Origin: Klebsormidium nitens
Lineage: Eukaryota; Plantae; Klebsormidiophyceae
DNA: 64,000 nt
Direction: 5' to 3'
Assembly (NCBI GenBank): GCA_000708835.1
Contig: DF237386.1
Span: forward strand, 1 to 64,000
Shown here: positions 47,320 through 57,490 of the stretch, one piece after another
Position numbering within the stretch: position 1 is the first letter of the stretch
Layout of the letters: each line of letters begins with the position of its first letter
The notes under the pieces: generated by a model
Database searches by the model: none
What the model saw: only the letters and a program-made list of their open reading frames with translations
What the model was told of the DNA's origin: nothing
Translations under genes and position numbers: made by a program

Positions 47320-50300
47320 CTACCGCATATGCACGTCCACCGGAAGGTCTCCGGCTGGTTTCATCACGATCCCGGCCAGCACTTTCATCGGCCACGCGGG
47401 CGTGTCTGGCCGGGTTGAGAATCTGAAGCTTTGATAGAGCATGATCAAGGCTAGTTGCGCCTCCTCCATTGCGAACCTGAAGGATAAGAGTGCACCAGAC
47501 CCAGTTAGAAGAAGCTGAAAAGGCAAGAGCCAGCATGCCATAGGCAACTTTGGCCGTTAACCACGGATGGTTATGGGCTGGTCAAGAAGTGGTTATCTGT
47601 CCGATTACCAGATTTGGGCGGTAAGCAGCCTTGGAGAAAGGTTAAAAACCGGCTACTTATCCAGTAACCTGAGATTGAGTCTGGTAAACAGCCCGGTTAG
47701 CGGCCGAGAATTCCTGTGATGTAGAAGAGGGTGGTGCAAGGATACCGACAAATATTTTGACACACGCCAGCATCTAAATATGCAACGCCTGGACTTCTTC
47801 CAGGGCAGTCTCTAAAAGCTGCCGCTGCAAAGCGAACTCGCTTGTTTATTTCTCGTCCGCGAATACGTCAGGCAGAGCTGTTGCATAACAACGCCTCAAA
47901 AAGTTCACCGCCTATGCTGCCTATGCTCTTACTATCCTAGGTGCTCGTTAACTCAGATGATGGAAGAACGGTCCCCTCGAATGTACAGAATCCTGGTCGC
48001 GCAAGGCAATAACGTGGCAAGAAGGGGCAGGGCAAGCGCTGACTCACTTGAAGCCCACACACATACGGGGGCCCAAACTGCAATATATAAAGTGAAGCGG
48101 ACGTCAGAATGAGAAGCCTGTCGGACTCACACCCTGAGGAGCTTCCGTCACCGCTCCGCAGATAAAGGCTCAATCTGGACTTTGCCTGATTGATGTGACG
48201 AGCAGGATGAAAAGGAAGCCCCTCGTTGCATCCTAAAAGAATGAACATAGCACAGAAACAATGTAAAGCTGCCCGTTGCTTTATGCACTAAACGTGCGTT
48301 CCGGTCCATGCAGGTGAAGTAGGAGTTAAGCTGCTCTCTGTTTGGGAAAATTAATGTGAGATAAGCCAGCGACGACCCAGGACGCTATCAATTCAAGGCA
48401 GCAGGCTAGTCACCAAAGTCCATTCAGCTAGAGCCAAACCGAAGCGCGCGGTTGTAAATTCGATCGCGCCAAGTAAAAGGGGGATGAATGGAAAGCTTTG
48501 CTTGTACAGGGATAGGGAGGAGCATGACACCAAAAGGTAAGAGAAGCAGGGGGAATGCGTGATCAAAAGCGGATAAGCGGAAGGGTGCCTCAAAACCTGC
48601 GCTTCCCAGATCGTCTCTGCCAGATGTTCAGCTTCAGCGAATCAAGCTCGTAGTATGGAGCCATCGTCGTTTGAAAGTCAGAGCCGCGAGAAGGGACAAG
48701 AAGGAACACAGGAAGATTTAACCAGGCTGGTTACCAGACCTGGTTGTCAGGTTGCTGGACAGATAACCGGGCTTTAACCTTGTTCAAGGCTGGTTGCCGC
48801 CCAAGCCTGGTCATTGGAACAACCAACCAATTTTTAACCAGCCCATAACCATCACGGTCAAGGGCCAAAATGTCCTATGGAAGATTTAGATAGCTTACCC
48901 AAACGGCAGATAGGCGTACGGGTGCCTTCGAAGTTGCTCCGCTCCCTGGGGGTCAAACCGCTCCGGCCAAAAGCGGTCGGGATCCGCAAAGTAGAGCTCG
49001 TTGCGGTGCATGTTATTGATCGCCAGCCACACTTGGGTGCCCTCGGGAATGCGGACGCCCGCAACGTCCAACGTGCGGTTGGCTGTCCGCGTGACCATGG
49101 GAGCCACCGGAAAGATCCGCAGCGTCTCCTTCACAACCTGCAAACGTCCCGACAGAGAATTTGGGTACGGCGTCCGACCATAAGGGCACGATCTGCAATT
49201 TCAGGACCGCGCTGTCCGTTCTAGAAGGCTTCTCACAGGAGTCAGAAGGTGAAGCAGATACATCGACAAAACAAGAGCAAAAAGCGCATGAGGGCTCCGT
49301 CGAAGTCGGTGGACGATTCGAAACGCAAATCCTGTTTAGTTTTTCCGGGTTAATCGTGTGCAGCGGGTTCCACCTCCAAGGAACGTCCGTTTTTCTGGGG
49401 GATGAACAGGGGAAAGATCGCATGAGCGTCTCTGTAACAACCTGCTCGGAAAAGAAAGATTATAAGGTTCGGTTACGAGGATGGTTATCCACCTCCGAGA
49501 TGTCTCGCCAGTTCGTAGAGCACTGAGAGGTCGGATACGGGACTCTATCAAACGTGATGCGAGTAGAGAGTCATGGGTTTTCATGAGCACTTGCAACAGT
49601 TCTGACCGAGTTTTTGAAGGTCCCAATCTCTGAGGCCTGTTCATAGGTCCGGCTGAGGGGAACTGTTTAAAGGACAGCAGCATAGGACAAGCTGAGGGAG
49701 GAGTTTCCAAGTTGAGAGCAGAGCCGGTCTTCAACACCAACTACATGTTACTCTAGGCTAAGGCTGAGTGTTGACGTTTTGGACCAACGGAAGGTGCTAG
49801 ACAATTCGAAGTAGCCGCACTTTCGGCCCTTGCACGCTTATTGGCAGATCAAATCTGTAGCCTGTTAACCTACTTTTGCCTGACCCACCAGTCCAGCGCA
49901 TTACGAATTGGGTTACGAAACCTGACGTGTATGGCACAGGCCAACACATGTCAGCTTTCGGACGCACCTGCTCAACGTACGGGTACTTGGACAGGTCCGA
50001 ATAGCGCGGCTCCTTGATGCCAGCCTTGGCGTTCCGGTCAACTTCCTCATACACCTTCGCTTGCGCCTCTTTGTTGAGCGTCAGGAAATAAACTGCGGGA
50101 AGAGAGAGCTTTCATTGACTACAGAACAGTTGTGGTCATGAGGCATCACCCAAAGTAAATCGGGACCCGGTTTTGAGTACACTTCTTAGTATGGGCAGGG
50201 AGGAATACGTCCGACACCAATCTAAAAAGGGAGACTATTCAGTACTGCTCTTATCATTTGGAGTGAATTTTCCAGTCGGATCCGTTCTTAGAGTCGCGTC

Positions 50301-53300
50301 AAGATCGTAATCAATCCTGGTCCTCATTAATAAAGCGACCGACTTGCTTGAAAAGGAGGACCGGTTAAGAAACTCTCCTTGCTTTCAACGTTGCGAGCCT
50401 TCTTGGAACTCGTGAAATGCGACTGCAGCATCAGCAGCTGCCCTCGTTGTACCTTTGTCCGTAAAACTTGCTGTTCTTCCAGAATTTTGTATCCCGCCTA
50501 GGGAGTACGCTCGCAAGAGTGAAATCAAACTCAAAGGAATTGGCGGGAGCCCGCACAAGCGGTGGAGCATGTGGTTCAATTCGATGCAATTGTGCGGCAT
50601 GATCCGTCGAGCGGCGCGCAGCTTTGAGCCCAATCGAGCGAGAAGAGCACTCAATACTTTACGGTGCGTGCCTATCGTCTCTCCGGGTCACAATGAAGTA
50701 ACAAAGGTCTGGGCAATGACGACCAACCTGCCATCGCAATCGTCGTGGCAGTTGTCTCTGATCCCGCCACCAGCACTTCCATTGAGATGGCGCGGATCTC
50801 CTTGTCAGACAGCTTCCTCCCCGTGTCCTTCACACGAGCCGTTCTGAAATAGGAATCAAGCAGGTCGTTCTGAGCCGTTGATCTCCGCAGGAGAAGAGAA
50901 AGTTTCCAGGCAGGTCAATGTGCAGTTTTCGACATCGGTGTTAGCCGTTCATAAGGTGCGTTTGGAAGGCCAGATTGTTCAAGCAGGTTCAAACAGCCAC
51001 TGGTCAAGCTACCTTGTTTGTGGGATCTGCGGAAGTGGTACACATGTTGTTTTCGAACCAGTAGATCCCCTTGGCTCAAAACATACGACGCATATTGACG
51101 GATCTGCGAGGTGGGTTTCAATGTGGCTTTTTTGAAGGGAAGGTAAACATGGCCAACTGCGCGCAAGAAACTTATATGCAAGAATATAGAGGAAGAAGGG
51201 GGCACGTACCTCGCCAGATACGTCAGAAAGTCTCTCTCCGCGCTGCCACCTGTCCTCCTCTCATGCGCTGTTTGCTGCGCCACGTCCATTAAGATCCTTC
51301 GGTTGACATAACCCATGTTCGCAAGGGTTCCTGGAATCCGCTTCAACACCTCGGCCGTCCAGTCTTGGATGTACTTCGGGAAGAAGAGGCCGACGATTGT
51401 GTCAAGAGGCGCAGCCTTGCCAAACTTCATGGCGTCAATGACACCGTTCCCGGCAGCAACGAGAGGACTCGTGGTTGACTCGTTCTGGGCATCAAACTGC
51501 AGCACACAAACGCGAAGAAGACATCACCGAATGAGACGTTAAGCTAAAGGGAACGTTGGTAGTTGCAACCGTTGCCGCTCCCCAACTGCTGACGCATACT
51601 GGCTTTGAATGAGTTCGGAGAGACTTGGTGCGAAAAAGTCCGGAAATTACTACTACACACAATTGCCCTGAAGGGCTGCAAGTTAGTCCTAACCGGGGTT
51701 CGCGAACCGGAAAATCCAAAGAAAATATGTCTCGTAAACGGCTGCATGGTGCAGACAGGGCGGCAAGAGATGAGGCCCTGCGGTGTTGCGCAATGAAAAT
51801 AAGAGCGTTCCTGACTGATGCCCAATGCAGGCTGGGTCTAGTAATGTTTAACTGTGTCTCAGGTGGCAGAGCGATTAAGTGTAGACCATTCTTTCGTCTG
51901 GCTTGTGACACATTCTCGTCGGATGGGAGATTCTAGCACCCCTGCACTTAAGTTGAACCCTTCCGACGAGAGGTCACCTTGCGCTTTGCATTCAGAATGA
52001 GAAGGGAGAATCTAGAGGTATGCCTACAAACTCCCCTCAGTGGACAAAGCGAAACCAAGACTTTTAAAGGGCAACCTATAGACATTCAGGAGAAGCAGGA
52101 GTCGCAAGCTCGCCCTAATACCAGGTTCACTTCAGCTGATCGCATGTTTTTCACTAGAACACTTTATGCAAACGCGCCCAAAAGGACGATCGCTCACATC
52201 GACCCCGAAGGCTGCCCTCCCAATGATGTCAATCGCCAACTGCTGCGTCAAGCGCTTGAGTTCAATCGGCTTTTCCTCAGAAATGGCCGATGTAAGCCTG
52301 GCTTGCATCTTATGGAGAGCCCCGTGGATTGCGAGCGCGTAAGCCTCTAGTTGCTCGCTGTGGAAGAGGGGCATGACAGCACTTCTAGCGCCAGCCCAAT
52401 ATGCACCTCTGCAGAAAAGAGTCTGTGTTTGAAAAGCTTTCAATGAGAACAGGATGCGACCTATTAAGATGTGACGAGACTGCAGGCCCCTTCTTGACTT
52501 ACTGAACGCACTATCTATGCACATATCTCATACACAACCTGAGAGAAGGTGGTTTGAACAGAAGCTGGAGGGAGGAGAGTAGGGAGGATTTAATGATTTT
52601 TGGATGCTTTGAGATGCCTTTTCACCCTGTCTCTGAACTTGTTACTGGCCCAGCATCCTATTCTGGTACATGTCAGCTTCAGTTTTCAGCAGTGATCTCG
52701 TAAGTATTCCACTCTGAAACGGCAGGGCTTGACCTGCTTTTGTTCCGCCTTCACCAGCTTCAACAATTAACAGGGGGCAGCCCTTCCCGCCACTAGCTGT
52801 ATCCATTTTCTAACCTCCAGCTTTAGAAATAAACCTCTCCTCTTGTAAGCACACCACTTTGAAGTCTTGAAAAAAGAAAAGATCAACAGCGCCTAGGCTC
52901 AATCTTTTCTGAAACAACGCGCTTTTCTTAATCATCATATCGCAATTCTGTGTAGACTAAACAAGAGAGGTTTTCCTAATAAGCAAGCGTACTCAACCCT
53001 GACCGCTCTTGTAATGGCATGCCGTGGCTGATAGAGAAGCGAAGGACAAAGAACCTACTTTGAGAAGACGATGCCGACCGGTGCTGTCTCAGTGGACTGC
53101 ATGGGAGGCCGTGTATGGAAGTCCTGAAAGAGCTTCACTCCCACAGTCTTGATGCTCTCAGCGTCACTGAGGACCACAATTGGAGATGGCCCCATGAACA
53201 AGCGGAACACAGGGCCATACTGGAGCGACCACTGATAGATCAGCTCAGGATACTCCTTCTCCGCTAATTCTGGGAGGTTTCCGATGAAGGGGCGGAAGGA

Positions 53301-54365
53301 GGGGCCTGCAGATTTTTGAGAAACAGATTGACGGATGCGGCATTTGACTAGTGCCTGATTGTGGTGCTTTCAGAGACTCAGCTTTAACACTTCGGCTTTC
53401 ACGTTAGCAGGGGGAGATTTAGCTAGGGGCTGCGCTTCTCCTTTTTAGAGAATGCAAGGGTTTTACAAGCTGCCACTATCTGAAAGCTGAGGGGCCTAAA
53501 CAAATGATTGTCAGGTTCCAGCCCCCTCTGGCATCGCTTTCCTAAAGGATATACAGCTGTGCAAAAATTGAGAAAGCTGGATAGCATCTGAAGTGGCAGC
53601 AACTCAATGAAGATACTGCTCATAACGAAGGTTAACGCAGCTCTTTGATTTCTGGCACAACTTGCGAGGCCACGCATCAACTCAACCCAAGAAGCATGTC
53701 TCTGCAGTTGATAGGACAGGCACCGTAACAAATTTGCCAGGGGTTTTAGGTGCATTGGTTTTGAAAGACGGGAGGTGGTGCTCAGGGGTGGGGTTGCGAG
53801 AGTGATGAATGACCACACGCACGTAGAAACTCAAGGTTGAAGGTAGAGAGAACAACAGATTGAGAGTTCTTGACTTTCTGAAATGGGTGTACCTGATCTC
53901 AAGCTTTGGAGTGTTCAATGCTGCTCAACAACTAAAAGAAGCGCAGCTTTACATGGCTCCAGAAGCTCTCACGAACACAAATGCTGGATCACCGGCCTGG
54001 AAGTACCAATTGTACTCAACCAGAGGTTCAATGCTCGTGACCTCAGTTCAAACCTCTCTCAATATATGCTACTCACCTGGAATATGCCGAAACCTGACTG
54101 CAGGTGCCAAACCCCAGTGAAAGACGGCGGTCAGAATCAGGGTGGTCAAGGCAGCCAGCCAGGAGCCCCAGAAGACAGTGCACAGGAGACAAGCTCCTAG
54201 AAAAAGAGCCGAGACGAACTGCCTCGCGCCTTTCTGCCGCTCTAGTTTCTTTGAACCAGCTTTCATGGTTGCCCTGTTGAACAGGCCAAAGCGCTGCAGG
54301 ATGCCAGGAGGCCGCCGCCAGGAAAAGATGCAGTGATGCTGCGCAAATTTCTTTAGCCAATGCAA
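47320..54365 (-). CDS. Cytochrome P450, CYP711 (MAX1)-clan-like, 9 exons
   Basis: Exons 54365 (or a downstream Met)-54077, 53305-53059, 52408-52198, 51496-51210, 50843-50728, 50092-49968, 49137-48899, 48077-48048, 47476-47320, phase-consistent. N-terminal TM then IPGPSFRPFIG; DIIGRAAFGVD (cf. CYP711A DIIGQAAFGVD); I-helix VAGSETTA; ETLR; PERF; heme motif PFGLGPRMCVG. Confidence 0.9.
47538..48880. repeat. Pair of ~163-bp inverted repeats (47538-47700 and 48718-48880) flanking P450 exon 8
   Basis: The left arm (ccatagg...gatggttatgggctgg...ttgggcgg...cagccttg...ggttaa...ccgg...ccag.aacctga...gtctggtaa.cagcc.ggtta) aligns to the reverse complement of the right arm, roughly 70-75% by eye. The right arm is bounded by a direct repeat aagattta (48713-48720 and 48881-48888), a possible TSD. 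Confidence 0.85.
50489..50589 (+). pseudogene. ~100-bp fragment of plastid/bacterial-type 16S rRNA (probable NUPT) in a P450 intron
   Basis: gtatcccgcctagggagtacgctcgcaagagtgaaa[tcaaa]ctcaaaggaattggcgggagcccgcacaagcggtggagcatgtggttcaattcgatgcaa matches the universally conserved 16S segment CCGCCTGGGGAGTACG...AAACTCAAAGGAATTGACGGGGGCCCGCACAAGCGGTGGAGCATGTGGTTTAATTCGATGCAA, with a few substitutions and a 5-bp duplication. Confidence 0.9.
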
Positions 54366-54953
54366 ACTGCAACTTATGTAGATATGCTTTCCTGCGGCAG
54401 CAACAGCCGAGATTGACAGAGTAGGGCTTGCCGGGTGTGTTTTCCTAGAGGATACCGTACTAGCTAGAATAAGTGCACTGGCAGATAGGAGAATGGTAGG
54501 TTGAAAGTCCTCTTCAAGCTAAGCAGAATGCAATCACTTGCAGGGGGTGCACAGGATCTTTGAAACCGTGGTGTCTTATGTCAGCGTAGCTCGTTTGCAA
54601 CAAGAATTGTATAATGAGCTTTGAAGCTCATCATGCAGCTGAACAGCTAATTAATAGAGCCTGCTCTTTAACTATTAGTAATTGGTAAAACTTTACATAG
54701 TGCATTATTGACCTTGCCAAGTAGTATTTTCAACCTTTGTGCGCGGAGTGTTCAAAGTTCAAACCATCTGTACCGGACAACGGAGGCGAGCGCGGCGCGC
54801 GCGCGCGAAGATGGACTTTCAGTCGTTAATAATAATATAGCGTATTAGCGGGTTGATTGATTAGAGCCCGGCGCTTATTGCGGTCTCTTCTTCTGTTGCT
54901 GCTGTACACTTGCCTGCACTTGCTTAGAATAGGCTACTGCGGATTGACTAGTG

Positions 54954-55360
54954 TGTGACGACATTCCGACGAGAGGCGCGGCCACTCAGGGCCGCAACAC
55001 TAGGACTTGCCCATACCGGTAAGCCGGTATGCAGATTTAGTAGCAATTTTATCGAGTATACAGCCTGACTGCATGCAGACCTTGATGCAGACTGTTAGAG
55101 TGTCTTGCAGACTAGTACTTGTAAACTTGACACTAGACTGGTTAAGGGACTCATAGTAAGTTAGCAGACTTACTGCCTTAAGAGACTTGCATCCCGTGCA
55201 AGCTTCGAGCCTCTATAAAAGACAAGTAATTCTAGGGCCCTTGTTTCAAATTCAAGCCGCAGCACTCTTCCAGAACATCACTTTCGAGCTCGAGTCACAG
55301 TGACCTCCCTAGTGGACTCCCTAGCATGGTTCCGACTTCCAACTTTGGCAGTCCTTTACA
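54954..55360 (+). mobile_element. Possible solo or orphan LTR
   Basis: Begins TGTGAC and ends TTTACA, with an internal TATA (ctctataaaag, ~55251). Followed by gtggtacgactcagc, which loosely resembles a tRNA-iMet PBS (TGGTATCAGAGC). No second LTR or TSD seen. Confidence 0.35.
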
Positions 55361-56289
55361 GTGGTACGACTCAGCATTAGTAATTTGACGTGCTATTATC
55401 GTTCGCTCTCGTTACGGCGCCAGTCTTCACAGCGTTCCCAGTGCGCGGCGACGCTGCAGATTGCAGCATGGTGAAGGACCCAGTAACGGATCACAGCAAA
55501 CGTGAATGAATGGTTAGACGTGTGGTCTGATAGGAATGGAAGATAGGATCGACAGTCCTTACCATGAGATGTGCTGATCATGAAAGCATATATATACAGG
55601 ACTAGTAATACTGCATGTGATTGATACTGTAAGGTAGTTTTCAGTCGAACAGTGCACTGATCGTTCTGCAGTTCTGGGACATGGTTTGTATGCATTGTGG
55701 CTGTGCATACAGTAAATGAACAAATCAAACTCTTATAACAGCATCTTGCAGTCATTCAACACACTGAAACACTGACCACCGATTGCACCACCGTCGTTGT
55801 GTAATTTTTATACAAAACAGTGACAAGTCAATGCCAGGTGAAACCCGTACACAGAACTGACTGGTCCGTATCCACATCCGACAAAGTAGGACAGCCGACT
55901 GTCCTAACTGGCGTCCCTGTGCATCATTCGATCACGGGCGATACCCTTCATTGGCGATAACCCTCATTGCCAGCCTCAGTGGTATGGGACAGTGAGGGTT
56001 CATTGAATGATACGCATCAGTTCAACAAGCTTCCGCACTCTCAGCGTAAACCCGCAGTTCCGAAAAGTGACTGGGGTACAGATCTGTAGAAAATCGACCA
56101 ACGACGCGCGCTACATTTATCGACGGGCCAGCGATTGGAACACGTGTCCCCGGCAAGTTTGGCACGCCCGTCCAGTTTGGCCTCAGACGAGTTTTCGGAG
56201 CGCTTTTCCATTAGCACCCGTCCTTCCAACAGTGGGTCACCACGATTGGTAAACGAATTGACTAAAATGGCCAGGCTTGAGCCCAACAG

Positions 56290-57215
56290 ATGAACTGTCG
56301 CCATCACGGCAGAAGAGAACGCCGGTCTGACGAGGGTCCGGAGCCCGTTTTAGGACGAGAATGTCGGGACAACCTGAGGAATTGGTTCCTGAGATGCTGC
56401 CATGCATGGGGTCGAGGAAAAAGTCCCCTCTCCTCAGCATGCCGACAGCGTACTCCGTTTGAGAGAACACGAATCAAGGAAGAGAGATCAGTCTTTGGGG
56501 GAGGGCTTTTACGAAGCCATTAACCCCCAAGAAGAGGTCGCCTTGAGCGTGAACGATTGGATTTTAAAGAGGCCCGACCCCAGACTGGAGGGGGCCGTCC
56601 ATAGAACGGTGGCCATTTCTGATGAGTCTGCTTGGCACGTGCTTTGTTCGCTCGGGGTTTTTCGCTTCTGTTTCATAACTCTGCAAGTGATTCTAGCCGT
56701 ATGATGCCAACTGGCTTGATCAAGCCAGATGATCGTAGGGATAGCCCACCCTTACGCGCTCAGATGGAGCATTGTATGGAATTTGGACGACCTAACCGAC
56801 CTCGCGATGGGTCGAAGATATTTCCCGGGGGTAACAGCTACTGGCGCGATCGGGATTGAGACACAAGCGTACAAGCACGAAATGTTCCCTGCCCTCACGT
56901 GTCTCAATCCTGCCTTGTTCAACCTTCGAAGACGTTCTCTCCTGTCGCAGGGTCGGCTGTCGGTGGCGGCGCTTTTGTGGGCGAACTGCGATGCAAAGTG
57001 CATGAGCTTTGCAAAGTCGGAGCGAGATGGATCTACTCCGTGAACCAATTTCGCAAGACGAGTGTTTGGTGCGAGCTGTGGCGACCGTCCCGTTTAGTAA
57101 AACGCAGATGTTCATCTGAATAGGCTTTTGTGAAGCATAAGAGGAGCTTCCAGTGTCGACCTTCCGGTACCTTCTCTATTTTGGCAACGGAGAAGAGTTT
57201 ATACGTCAACGCCAT
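56290..57215 (+). pseudogene. Interrupted coding-like region of unknown family, paralogous in part to 46690-47080
   Basis: Protein-like frames (EGFYEAINPQEEVALSVNDWILKRPDPRLEGAVHRTVAIS; IVGIAHPYALRWSIVWNLDDLTDLAMGRRYFPG...HEMFPALTCLNPALFNLRRRSLLSQGRLSVAALL) end at a stop; the 3' part is repeated at 46690-47080. Confidence 0.35.
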
Positions 57216-57490
57216 CTTTGAAAGGACTTTCGCAACACTTCGAAGTAGAAGATGTTAGTTTACCTTTCTGTGCACGAGACTGTTTAACGTAACAGTCGGC
57301 GGTAAGATTTGACCAGTTACTCCTGGTTCCATCGCCTGTTAAAGTTTACGAAGTCTGACAACCTTCGAACCCCCTTGAAGCCGAAACAAGATCAGAAGGA
57401 AACAGAAGTTCATATCTCGAGCCAAGAGCCGAACTCAACAACATCAAAAGCACGCAGCTGTGCTTAATGACAAGAGGAGTTTGCTTGAAC

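Noticed and set aside
47937-48248. Pack-MULE-like captured gene fragment between the inverted repeats
   Set aside because: The interior contains the P450's own required micro-exon, so it is host intron/exon sequence, not captured cargo.
50385-50654. 89-aa minus-strand ORF
   Set aside because: Spurious translation of the 16S rRNA fragment's antisense strand.
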